A stretch of 63,838 bases of DNA, filler included, from Octopus bimaculoides (Eukaryota): assembly GCF_001194135.2 (NCBI RefSeq). It is 4 parts of 4 records of this genome, joined end to end, with 100 filler letters (N's around TTAATTAATTAA, not from the genome) between each part and the next. Parts side by side here need not be neighbours in the genome. Positions count along the whole stretch, not along the records: positions 28,825 to 50,149 come from NC_068996.1; positions 50,250 to 62,433 come from NC_068981.1; 2 more parts are not named here. One strand, 5' to 3'. A program made the position numbers and the translations under genes. The notes under the pieces are model-generated. The model was not told where the DNA came from, searched no databases, and was given only the letters and a program-made list of their open reading frames with translations. Positions 38,992 through 51,408 of this stretch are shown here, one piece after another; position 1 is the stretch's first letter; each line of letters begins with the position of its first letter.

Positions 38992-39116
38992 AGAAACAGA
39001 AAGAGAGAAATACCAGAGCTTACAGCTCCTTATGAAAAAATGCTGCGAACAACTGGCACTGATTTTACTCTTGCGTACAAGCTACACCATTCAGCCAGGG
39101 CATTCTCTTTGTAGAG
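38992..39116 (+). other. Candidate exon of an unidentified gene
   Basis: Acceptor tggttttatag|A and possible donor AGA|gtgagg. One frame is open (ETEREKYQSLQLLMKKCCEQLALILLLRTSYTIQPGHSLCR); the phase-0 frame reads RNRKREIPELTAPYEKMLRTTGTDFTLAYKLHHSARAFSL*. Not recognised. Confidence 0.25.
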
Positions 39117-40099
39117 TGAGGATAAATTCTTTTTTGTTAAATATGTATGTAAATTTGTTTACAACATAGACATATAAATATATATGTGTGTGTGTGTGTG
39201 GTATATCTTCTCAAAAAAGTCAAACCATGAAATGGTCTATATTTACATTCTTCTTTGGCCCACACTGAATCTTTGTAATGATTGTATTTATGGCAGAGGT
39301 TGTTTCATAATTAAAAATCCTTGATACACAATGTACGTAGACTATATTTATTCAGTATTAAGTTTGTGAGCCACTTTGTTGCTACCCAGTTCATTACCCA
39401 AAGAGATCCTTGACAAAATTCCGTGTGATATTTATCACAAAGTATAAAACAGTCGGGAGTAGACAGTCATTTGCATACCCATGGCAGAGAAACTAATATA
39501 TATATATATATATAGTACAGAATAATGACAATAAGAAAGAGGTTATGCATGAAATTGAATTACTGGCCAACAGATATTGTCATCACCCTCTCAACATTTG
39601 CTTTTCCATGCTGACATAAGTTGCATGAGATTTTTCTAGGCATTGTTTTACAGCTAGATGCCTTTTCTCATGACAATCTCTTTAGACACTTCTTACAAAA
39701 TGCAAGATGTAATGTGTCAATTTGACATATCAAAAACTTGACATACACATAAAGACACAAAAACTGTGTTGGTTAGCCATGTTATTATACTCATTGAACA
39801 ATGCAGCAACCTTAACTAGGTTTTTACCCTATCCCTTAAGATTGTGTGGTTTACATTTGTCAAACATCTACATACTTGAGGATTGTGTTGCCAACCACAC
39901 AGTATTTAAGGTCATGAGGAAGTAATCTAATTTTCAAACACACAACTCTTAAAAGAATTTACATGCTTATAACACAGGCATATGTTTAGGACTTTGCAAT
40001 TTTTGCACAAAATTAAAACAAATGTATAAAGAAAATTTACTTTAAAAAAAAAAATCACTTCCAATAAAACATCTTGGGAGGTTTCCAGAACATGTTTAA

Positions 40100-40314
40100 C
40101 CTTATTGTTACTATATTTTTGTTGAAATATTGTGTCTTTGTTTCAATTCATTTTCGAAATTGGGAATTTAGTAAAACGTCTTTTAATAAACTGGAATTTG
40201 GAATGTAAATTAACATGAGGTTTTGACAGAAGGTTTTAATTTAGATCACTTATTAAAAACAAGAAGTTTGTCATAGATCCAGGGACTGTCTCAGGCAGAT
40301 TAGTATCATGAGGG
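40100..40314. mobile_element. Second TTAA-flanked MITE family
   Basis: TTAA|cctt...gaggg|TTAA; related pieces at ~31940-32180, 32290-32780, 40910-41030, 42400-42510 and 43860-43940. Confidence 0.75.
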
Positions 40315-40504
40315 TTAAGATATTATATACAGTGGCTATAGATACAATGGTTTAATAACTCCTGCAGCATCTTATTAATATTTCAGTTTAAAGCGTTCAT
40401 ATTTCTAGAAATGTGTTTAGCCTTTTCCTATGCCAACCTGCTTCAGACCATTCTTGATTCTTTGATGCAAACTTCTTGTTTTAAAGTGATCTAAATTAAA
40501 ACCG

Positions 40505-40890
40505 TGGAAACACAATGGCCCAGTGGTAAAGACAGTGGATTCGCGGTCATAGGATCGCGGTTTTGATTCCCAGACCGGGCGTTGTGAGTGTTTATTGAGC
40601 GAAAACACCTAAAGCTCCACGAGGTTCCGGCAGGAGATGGTGGCGAACCCTACTGTACTCTTTCACCACAACTTTCTCTTACTCTTACTTCCTATTTCTG
40701 TTGTGCCTGTAATTCAAAGGGTCAGCCTTGTCACACTCTGTGTCATGCTGAATATCCCCGAGGATTACGTTAAGGGTACATGTGTCTGTGGAGTGCTCAG
40801 CCACTTGCACGTTAATTTCACGAGCAGGCTGTTCCATTGATCAGATCAACTGGAACCCTCGATGTCATAAGCGACGGAGTGCCAACAACA
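40505..40890 (+). mobile_element. SINE family B
   Basis: Collinear with 21736-22114. Confidence 0.9.
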
Positions 40891-43287
40891 ACAAATTAAA
40901 ACCTTTCTTAAATTGTTTCAAGCACCAGCCTTAATACTTCGTCATTTTACTGGATTCTTCATAATTTTCAAAATAACCTGAAATGAAGATAGTGCATTTC
41001 ATTAGAGATATGGTTACAACAGGGTTAAAGCTAATCCTGACACATTTTTTTCTCCCTCTTTCCATTTTTTTCCCTCTCAATCCTTTCTGTCAAAAAGCAC
41101 AGGCTTGAAATGTCAATGACTTTTCCATTTTTCCTGAGTGCCAAACTAATACACCCGCTTGTTATTCCTTCACCTCCAAGGTGGAGGGGAACAGATTTAT
41201 GACATGAAAGAAGGGACCAGAGCAGAACAGGTTTCTTGCTACATGACTATTCACATTTTAGAAGAGAGTGGAAGTGATCAGGTGGAACTGAAAAGAGATA
41301 AAAATATTGATGAGGTGTCTGGGTGGACCCTATACTGAAAAAACTAAGAATCACTGCTCTATATGGTCTTTCAACCTGCTGGAATGAACAACTGCTAAAT
41401 CTCCAAATCTGCCAAACCAAACCACACAATACTTCCTTAAACCAGGAAGGGCCACATTGGATGTTATGATTCTGGTTACATGTTGGCTACATGTGGAAAT
41501 TTTGAATATTGGTTTGTTGGATCAGGGTTGACTTTGGGCAAATCCAGAATATATTTCATTTGCTTAGCAATATCAAAACTGCAGTGGAGAATTGATTGCA
41601 TGTGCATGATACCCACACATCTTCATGTGTGTGTAAGTGTGGAGTGGGAGGTGTATCCTTGCCAGCATAGAACATGGATGATGATGATGATGATGATACA
41701 TTCTTCTCTATTGATTTATTTTGAAATTTATACACATGTATTGTTGAAGGTTACCTTCTGCCATTTCTGTGTTGTCATCTGCCTAAAATGTTAGTTTGTC
41801 AGACCTTCTTTAGCTAAAGATAAAGATTACTTAACTAAGCCATTTTGTAATCTTACTACCATTCTTAGTAAGAATGTGGCAGTTGTGTTTCAGACACTTT
41901 AAAGCAAAAGAGAAACTGAGAATGGTGAAAATATGGAGTTTCATGGATTTATTAAGTAACAGTTGCCAGGAAGAATGAGCTAACTGTGTCAACTTATTCA
42001 GTCCATCATTGTAGAGGTCGGGATAAAAATGAAAATAAATAAAACAGGAAGTTGGGTGATGATATACTTATGTGTTTATGCATCCATTTTTTTTGTATAT
42101 CAGTGACTATATTGTCTTAGTATGCCTTTTTATTAAGATCCAGTGTGTATTTTAGGAAATTTAACTGCTATTTCCAGCAGATCATACAATGTGGAGCAGG
42201 AATTTCAAACATACACCCTCTTGTGCCAGACATGGACCTGACCCACAGTAATATTTAGTCCTGTCTCCTTGTTCATTTATATTCAAAAAATTTCAACACT
42301 ACTTTTTAATTTTAGAATCTGTAAAATATATATCACATGCATATTCTAATAATTCAGTTTGATTCCAATCTACTCCAGACCTGACAAACTTCCTGTTTTA
42401 AAGTAATTTAAATGGAAACCTTCCAACAGATTTCATGTTATGTTCCAAACTTCAACATAATGATGAGTTATTTTACTAAATTCTTCATTCTTTTCAAAAT
42501 TAATTGAAACAACAAACATAGTAATAAAAGAATTAACATCTGTTCTAATTAAGTACAGCTTAAAGAATCTTTTAACTCAACCAATAAAAAAGAAGCTTAT
42601 GAATCCATATACTAAATGATGTGACTTACTACCCCTTCACTTTGTCTATATACACTGAACCAGGCAAAAGATTTTCTTTTTACCATATTTACATTTGTCA
42701 TCCAAATGGATTCTAGTCATATGAATGATATTGAAGCTATTTGCAGCTGAAATAGTATCAGCTTTCTAGTAAGCATTGGTCACATACATTTTATGCATTC
42801 ATTCAGACAATATCTACTTCCATTCTCACACTCTAAGGACTCTTATTTAAAATGACAGTGAATGCATTTTCCCCATACATCTCTGCACACAAACTTTGCT
42901 AACACCTCATGTTCTTTCTTTTACTTATTGTTGATAAAGCTATTATAATGTATATTGACTCCTTTATCTATTGACTTTGACCTACATTATGAATAGGATT
43001 TTCAGGAATAATTGTCTATAGTCCGTGAGATCTAGTTTATGCTTCAATGTGGGCTGTGTGGACAAATGAGTTGGACACCACTGAAATAAAGGCTCAGCTG
43101 TTGAATACACTAACCTTTCTATTATTGTACTTAGTACCTCTACATTAAACAGTCATGTTATTCTCTTTTCATAGTATAATGCATTCCAAAATACTCATTG
43201 TAGTCTCTGCTCTCACTTTTAACACTTTTACGTTAATCTGGTGGAAAGTCTAGGATTAATTCATAATCTAATATGCTGCCTATATAA

Positions 43288-43460
43288 GGTACAGGAGTGG
43301 CTGTGTGGTAAGTAGCTTGCTTACCAACCACATGGTTCCGGGTTTAGTCCCACTGCGTGGCACCTTGGGCAAGTGTCTTCTACTATAGCCTCGGGCCGAC
43401 CAAAACCTTGTGAGTGGATTTGGTAGACGGAAACTGAAAGAAGCCCATCATGTATATATG

Positions 43461-43495
<35 letters not shown>

Positions 43496-43700
43496 CTGTG
43501 TCTGTGTTTGTCCCCCCATCATCGCTTGACAACTGATGGTGGTGTGTTTACATCCACGTAACTTAGCAGTTCGGCAAAAGAGACCGATAGAATAAGTACT
43601 AGGCTTACAAAGAATAAGTCCTGGGATCGATTAGCTCGACTAAAGGTGGTGCTCCAGCATGGCCGCAGTCAAATGACTGAAACAAGTAAAAGAGTAAAAA
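43288..43700 (+). mobile_element. SINE family A, full length (tRNA-like head, CORE-like block, internal TA/TG microsatellite, AAGAGT tail)
   Basis: ggagtggctgtgtggtaag...ggtttagtcccactgcgtggcaccttgggcaagtgtcttc...; multiple copies in the window. Confidence 0.92.
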
Positions 43701-44694
43701 CGTAAAAAGAGAGTAAATTTCAATTTTCAATTAATTATGTAAATTATGCAAATTTCAATTAATTATGTAAAAAAAAAAAAAACCAAAAGACTGACGTTTT
43801 TATTATTAAGATATGTGGAACATAATCAAAATGCCTTACATAAAAATGCATTTAATTTAAATATGAACATCTTAAAATAAGATTTTATGTAATAGAACCA
43901 GATACTGCCTCAGGAGGGAGTTGACATCATCATGAAACATTCATTTTTTATATTGCATAGGTTGGATGGTTTGGCAGAAGCTGGCCAACCAGAGAGCTGC
44001 ACCAGGCTTCAATTGTCTGTTTTGATTTAATTTTTATGGCTGGATGCCCTTCCTAACACCAACCATTCTACAGAGTGTACTGGGTGTCTTTTTATGTGAC
44101 ACTGTCACAGGTGCTTTTTACATGGCACAGACACAGGTACTTTTTATGTGGCGCTGGCACAAAAGGTTAAAATGTTCCTTACAGTATTTCTACTCCTTTC
44201 TCTCCATCTCTCTCTCTTTCTCTCCATCTCTTTCTTTCTCTCCATCTCTTTCTTTCTCCCCATCTCTCTCTTTCTCCCCATCTCTCTCTCTCTTTCTCCT
44301 CATCTCTCTCTCTTTCTCCCCATCTATCCCTCATTCTCTCTTTTTCTCTTTTCTCATTCGCTCTCTTTCTCTCTCTCTCTCTCTCCCCTCTCAGTCCCTC
44401 TTTTCTCTTTCTCTCTCTCTCTCTAAATTTTGTATATAGAATTTGTGTTACTTTGAGACATCAAAAACAAACTATCCTCTGAACTTCACACAACCATCCC
44501 TTCTGATCTAGTCTGCTCCCAAATGGCTCACACAGAATCGAACTTTGCCATTCATGATTAGATTCAATATGTGAGAAAAAAATGGATAGCAGGAAGGGCT
44601 AGCATGTTATTCTTTTGATAGTTTTTCATTGAACTGCAGCCTTGTTGGAACAGCTCCTTCAAAGGTTGTAGTTGGTCATATCATTCCCAGTGGA

Positions 44695-45025
44695 AATGCA
44701 TTGCTCAGTGGTTAGAGCGTCAAGTTCACAATCATGAGGTAGTGAGTTCAATTCTCAGACCAGACTGAGTGTTGTGTTCTTGAGCAAGACACTTTATTTC
44801 ACATTGCTCCAGTTCACTGAGTTGTAGAAATGAGTTGCGATGTCACTGGTGCTAAGCTGTATTGGCCCTTTTGTCTTTCCCTTGGATAACATCAGTGGTG
44901 CGGAGAGGGGAGGCTGGTATGCATGGGCGACTGCTGGTCTTCCATAAACAACTTTGCCCACACTTGTGCCTCGGAGGGGAGCTTTCTAGGTGCAATCCCA
45001 TAGTCATTCATGACTGAGGTGGGTC
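44695..45025 (+). mobile_element. tRNA-derived SINE family D; minus-strand partial at 50355-50600
   Basis: A box gctcagtggttagagcg, B box gtgagttcaattctc, CORE-like gtgttcttgagcaagacact. The 3' part (gtgcctcggagggg...gtcattcatgac..ggtctttacc) recurs inverted at 50355-50600. Confidence 0.85.
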
Positions 45026-45344
45026 TTTACCTTTACTTTTATTATCCTCAGTATTGTTTCAATCTGTCTTTGCTTTTTTATCAATCGTCATTTGTTGAAC
45101 CACTAAGTTACATAGCACTAAGGGCTATAACATTGGTATTTAGACTGGTGTAAGCATAGACACACATATGGTAAGCTTTTTCTCAGTTATCATCTGTCAA
45201 ATTTCTCTCCTAAATCATTGATTAGTCCGAGGCTGTGATGGAATGTCCTTGGACATAGTAGCCATGCGGTAGGATTGAACCTTCTACTACATAATTATGA
45301 AGTAAACTTAACTGTGCCTACAGATACATAATATTATTATTATT

Positions 45345-45830
45345 ATTCATTCGCAGGATTGTTCTCTTTAGCCTTGATGGCAAGTCTCTTCAAAATTCAT
45401 AAATCTATCTTAGGATTCTTGCTGAATACAAGTTGACACTTTCTTGCAGGTTAACAATATATGTACCAATTCCAGTAATCTCTAGCCCCCTATGTAGTAG
45501 TTTGGGTGTTGTGCCAAGTGCATAAACCACCACAATAACAATTTTCACCTTTATATTTTTTGATCTGTCTCTGGCTAGGTTTTGATATATCTCAACATTC
45601 TCAATTTCCTTTATTTCCACTCCACTAATATGTGGTATGGCTGAGTCTATTCTTATTTTGTTTTTGTCCTCTACTGTCATGTGGTATGGCTGAATCTATG
45701 ATCTTATTCTGTTTTTCTGTCCTCTACTGTCATACGTGGTCTACTTGCTTCAATAGTATGGTCAGTCTCTTTGGAGAAATCCTGTAATTATCATTCACCA
45801 TCGTAGCCTCTGGCTTCTGTTCATACCATT
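45345..45830 (-). mobile_element. R4/Dong-like endonuclease C-terminal fragment with an internal ~50-bp tandem duplication
   Basis: IDSAIPHISGVEIKEIENVEIYQNLARD...IVVVYALGTTPKLLHRGLEITGIGTYIVNLQESVNLYSARILR; (ATT)n on both sides. Confidence 0.85.
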
Positions 45831-46884
45831 TTTCTATTGCTGTAATACTAATAATACTATTATTATTATTAGAATATATAGTAAATTGACAGTTATTGCA
45901 GCATTGAATGAAATGGTTTTGGGTATTTCATCCAGTTCTTTACATTCCAAGTTCAAACTGTGCTGAGATCAATTTTAGTCTTCATCCCTCAGGGGTTGAT
46001 AAAATAAAGTGCAAGCCAAGTTTTGAAGTTAATTATATTTAACTATTTCCTTCCCCCAAAATGACTATTTGTATCTGTCTTAGGAATGATAATTAAATGA
46101 ACAAAGGAAAATAGACACAGTAACTCTTTTACTTTAGTTTATAGAGTGGAAATCAAGGCATGGAACAGTGCATTGATTAATACACATGCACACAGCTCTG
46201 TTTTCACTGCAGAACATAAGTTATACTTTGTTTGGCTTTCGTTATTTACCATTACTGTAAAATATAAATGGTGGAACAGATATCGTCAATATGATTTTAA
46301 ATCAGATTAGCTTTATGGTGAGAGAGTAAAAAAAAAACATATTGCAATAGGGAGAGAGAGACAGAGAAAGAAAGAGTGTGTAGTGAGACATAGAGCCTTA
46401 TAGCTTGCAAGAGAGAGGGAGAGATAGTGGGAGAGCAGAAGGAAAGATTAACTATTTGTTTGGTCTGTTGATGTAAAAGTAAATAGAAACACTGTACTAT
46501 GTAAGTAATGCTAGCAGTAAGTGCATAAAAGCTAGTACTTTACTTTCTTTGTGGTATCTTGGCAGGGCACCAAACAGTTCAATAAAAATGCACTAGCAGA
46601 GTACACTATGATAAGTGTACTTATACTTACTCCACTGTTCAATGTTTAAGCAACATCAGTCACTTTGGTGAAGATCTGTTGTTATTGTTTTACCTAGTTA
46701 AGACCTTATTTGATTCCAACATATAAAACCATATAGTCTATGAATGTGTGTGCATGTTTTGTGTTTTTGCATTATGTGTGTGTGTGCTTTTATTTGCAAT
46801 GTTAAAACAGTCTGATCTAAGAAGCATAATCTTAATTCAAGCTGATAGTGTAAATATCATTATTATTATTGTCATTATTATTGT

Positions 46885-47088
46885 TATTATTATTTTATGT
46901 TTGACTTTTGCTTTGCATTTGTACAAGTTGGATCCAAGTCTCACCCAGAGACCTCAAGAGACAAGTTAGAAGTTCATGTAGGTGTTATGCCTAGGGCACC
47001 ATATATTTGGTTTTGTACATAGTGTTGTTCTAGAGAATGTTTAAGAAACCATAAAAAAATTATGTGTTTGTTTTAAAATTTGAGATCA
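46885..47088 (-). mobile_element. 3' end of an R4/Dong-like element
   Basis: Copy of 25642-25862 with (ATT)n on both sides. Confidence 0.65.
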
Positions 47089-47495
47089 CTATTATTATTA
47101 TTATTATTGTTGTTGTTGTTAAAGTGGTGAGCTGGCAGAATCATTAGTGCACTGGACAAAGTGCGTTGCAACATTTCTTCCAACTCTTTGCGATATGAGT
47201 TCATATGCCTTCCCTTGTTTTGTGGCCAATGAAATAAATATCAGTTGAGCACTTGGCTTCATGTAATTGACTGCACAATTTCAGGTCAACATGTGCTTAT
47301 TGTAGAAAGTATTAAAGGGTGAGCTGCTGGCAGACAGTGCATTGGACAAAATGAATGACATTTTGTCCAACTCCTCGTTTAAATGCCTTTCATCCTTTTG
47401 GGGCTGATAAAATAAGTACCAACAGAGCGCCGGGGTTAATGTAATTGACTTACCCCCCTCTATTAGCTTTGTACCAAAATTTGAAATCATCCTCA

Positions 47496-47566
<71 letters not shown>

Positions 47567-48136
47567 AGTTGGTGGCAAGCTGGCAGAATCATTACTGCAA
47601 TGGACAAAAGTGCTTAGTGGCATTTTTTTCCTGCTCTTTATGTTCTGAGTTCAAATCTTTCCAAGGTCAATGTTCTCTTTCAACCTTTTGAGGTTAATAA
47701 AGTACCAGTTGACTCCTGGAGTTGATGTTATTGACAAAACTTTCCCCCTAACAGTTGCTGGGGTTGTACCTAAATTGGAAACCATTTCTTTTTTTAAAGT
47801 AGTGATCAGTAGGGGATCAGAAAAAATGCATTGTGGTATTTGTTTCAGCTCATTACTTTCTGGGTTCAAACTCCACTAAAGCTAACTTTGTCTTTCATCC
47901 CTCTGGAATCAATGATATAAAGTACAAATCCAGTTCTGGAATCTATGTAATCAACTAACGCTGTCTTCTCCAAATTGCTGCTGGTCTTGTTCCAGAATTA
48001 GAAATATTTATTATAATATCACACATTTGTGGTACTGCAAATATTCCTATAAAGTAAAAATAACACTGATTCTGTTAAATAAAAGTAAAATTAAGACTGT
48101 ATATCTTTTTCATGTTGCCTATACTCCAAACTTGTG

Positions 48137-48515
48137 GAGGTGGAATGGCCCAGTAGTTAGGGAAGCGAACTCGCGGTCATAGGATCGCAGTTTCGATTCC
48201 CAGACCGGGCGTTGTGAGTGTTTACTGAGTGAAAACACCTAAAGCTCCATGAGGCTCCGGCAGAGGATGGTGGCAAACCTTGCTGTACTCTTTCACCACA
48301 ACTTTCTCTCACTATTACTTCCTGTTTCTGTTGTGACTATATTTCAAAGGGTTAGCCTTGTCACACTGTGTCATGCTGAATATCCCCGAGAACTACGTTA
48401 AGGGTACACGTGTCTGTGGAGTGCTCAGCCACTTGCACGTTAATTTCATGAGCAGGCTGTTCCGTTGATCGAATCAACTGGAACCCTCGACGTCGTAAGC
48501 GACGGAGTGCCAACA
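48137..48515 (+). mobile_element. SINE family B
   Basis: Collinear with 21736-22114. Confidence 0.9.
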
Positions 48516-48559
48516 ACTTAGTCCAAACTTAACAATCTAATCAAGTAAAACTGTCTTAC

Positions 48560-48593
48560 TCAGGAGATGCTGGGGTTTTTCAATCTCAACTGG
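48560..48593 (-). other. Candidate 34-nt exon
   Basis: Strong signals ttttttttttag|CCAGTT...CTCCTGA|gtaaga; phase-0 frame open (PVEIEKPQHLL). Confidence 0.25.
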
Positions 48594-49834
48594 CTAAAAA
48601 AAAAAACATGTATTAACTACTGCTTTTGGATGCACAAAACAACAATATGAACAATGGTAGGTAGTCAGTGACATGGGGCCGTCTAAGCTGACTTAGCCAG
48701 AAAGTTTTCATATTTAATCGATGTTATGATAGTGTGATCAGGAAATTTGTTGTGTGGCACCTTAGGCACATGTCTTTTACATGTACTGGGCTGACCAAGG
48801 TTTTGTGAAGGGTATTTGGTAGATGGAAACTAAATGAAGCCCTTGTGTATCTTCATCTTGATATGGCGGTTATAAATGAGTATCACTGTTATACTAGCAA
48901 GGTTGTCCATTTTCAGTCTTCCGTGAAAAGCATGGGGAAATATTACTTTCCTTCAAAACAGGTGAAGGTTGGTAACAGGAAGAGCATCCACTGTGTGCCA
49001 CCTTGGACAGGTTCCTTCTACTATAGCCCTGGGCAAACTAAAAACTTGCAAGTGGATTTAGTAGATGGAAACTGAAAGAAGTTTGACACACACATATATA
49101 TGTGTATGTATGTATGTATGTACCTTTACATGTGCGTGCTTGTGTTTCATTGTCTTAACGTTACATTGTAACTGTAAATGAATGTCAAAATTGCATAATG
49201 TCCTTCATTTTCCAGTCTTCCCTGTAAACATGTCTGGCCATGAGGAAATATTAGCTTGTTTGGAAACTGGTGGGAAAGGTTAGTGATAGGGAGGGTATCC
49301 AGCCTTAAAAAATCTGTCTCAACAAATTTCACCTGACCCATGCAAGCATGTGAAAGTGGATATTATAATGGTGATGATGGTGACATAATGTAACCAGGAG
49401 TACATTACTGAAAGTTCGGGGTGGCAGTGCTAAGCAGTGGTGTGTATAAATAAAAGGTTATATTACCAGTTCAAATATGCTTGGGGCATATTTGAACCCA
49501 TAAGAAAGCCATTCACTGTGTTTTGACATGGAGAAAATTTCTCTCACTGTAGACAAATGGTGTAAATACACTCTAATCAGTTCATAACACCACCTACTCA
49601 AACTGTGGGATGCAAACATTTCAGAGTGGTTATCTTCTCTTCATCCACAAAAACCAGACAGGATCCGCTATAATATGATAAGAGAGATTGTCTCTTATGA
49701 TATTCTCAAAGTGTTGTTTCATTTTTTTTGAAAGTTGATTGTCATGTGAAGTAGTTTTGGCTGCTATCTCTAGCATGTCAAAGTACTGTTGTTGACTCAT
49801 AGTTTTTATGTAATTATTGCAATATATATATAAA

Positions 49835-50149
49835 GCCACCGACCAGATTTGTGGGTGGTGTAAGGTCCCCTCCTGACCCAGAGTAACGTGGTGGTGGAAC
49901 AAGGAGGTAGACAGGGCTATTAGACAAAAGAAACAGGCTTGGAAGGACTGGAAGAACGGTGGTAGCAGGGAATTGTACCAATGTGCCAGAAGGGAGGCTA
50001 GGCGACAGGTTTATTTAGCCAGAGGGGAAGCAGATAAGGAAAGATTTGCCAATGTTCTGCGCCGTGAGGACCAAAGACTCGAGGTATTTCGTGTTGCAAG
50101 ACAGTGTAGGAGAGAGAATAGTGATGTTGTAGGAGAGAAATGTGTTCGC
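49835..50149 (+). mobile_element. RTE-clade LINE fragment (EN-RT linker), relatively young, cut by a scaffold join
   Basis: ATDQICGWCKVPS*PRVTWWWNKEVDRAIRQKKQAWKDWKNGGSRELYQCARREARRQVYLAR...ENSDVVGEKCVR; TWWWN.EV..AI..KK is typical of RTE. Confidence 0.88.
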
Positions 50150-50249
50150 NNNNNNNNNNNNNNNNNNNNNNNNNNNNNNNNNNNNNNNNNNNNTTAATTA
50201 ATTAANNNNNNNNNNNNNNNNNNNNNNNNNNNNNNNNNNNNNNNNNNNN

Positions 50250-50350
<101 letters not shown>

Positions 50351-50599
50351 GGTCGTCTGTAAAGGGTAAAGACCTCTTCGGTCATGAATGACCATGGCAT
50401 TGCACCTAAGAAGTTCCCTTCCGAGGCACAAGTCCAGCTAAGATTGCTTATAAAAGATCAGCAATTGCCCATGCATACCAGCCTCCCCTTATACGCCACC
50501 AATGTTATTCTAGGGAAAGGCAAAGGTCGATACAGCTTGGCACCGCTGACATCGCAACTAATTTCTACAGATGAGAGAACTGGTGCAACGGGATGTCTA

Positions 50600-51329
50600 T
50601 GTGCTTAGCAACAGTATCAAATGGTGAAGCAGTATACACCTCACTTATGTCAGTAGCTGTTGGAGACTATGCAGTCCTAGCTATACTAAGTATGTTCCTT
50701 CATTGGGAGAGATCTTCTGTGACAAACCGATCATTTCGAGCTCTTGTGAGGTATCTAGCTGAGTACCTCTAAAGTTTGGTGGGAGTGTGTTAGGGTGGTG
50801 ATTTTTTTATATCAGTAGTATTAGAGTTTTTTGTTTTTAAAAGAGACGTGTTTGACAATGCTCCATTGAAGGATACTCTGAAGGTTTCCATTTATGGAAT
50901 CAATGCAGGTTTGGGGTGTTAGTGTCTAAGATGCAGGTGGGTGATGCATGGTTAGCAAAAGTTGCAGAGGAATGAAAGGTTGTGACACCTGCGTAAGAGT
51001 GGATGTGGCGGCGAACAGATCATTGGCGTATAGCAGGAAACGACATGGGGACAAAACCGAACCTTAGAGTTAATTAAGAGTTAGAAGAGCTCTGTCAATG
51101 AATGCGATCTGATAGAATGTTGTACATCTAAGGAATGAGAGATGGGTGGAGCCTAAAGAAGAGGAGTTTTGATAAAATAAATCTTTACCTACCAGACATG
51201 GACGAAGGCTTTGCAACAATATTGCTTTCATTGAACTATTCTAAAGTGAGGTCTCACTGGTGAATGACAAAAGAATAGATCTCCTAAGGATTTGGACTGC
51301 GGAAGCCGCACTTATGGTCACTAAGGAAG

Positions 51330-51408
<79 letters not shown>

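Noticed and set aside
38992-39116. Resemblance of EREKYQSLQLLMKKCCEQLAL to a nucleoporin Nup155 helix
   Set aside because: The following conserved W and HQF-type residues are absent; a generic amphipathic helix match.
49450-49830. Possible mariner relic or exon on the minus strand (MSQQQYFDMLE...DNLSYHIIADPVWF, FVDEEK)
   Set aside because: No clear DE/D34D or WVPHEL/YSPDL motif and no splice signals.
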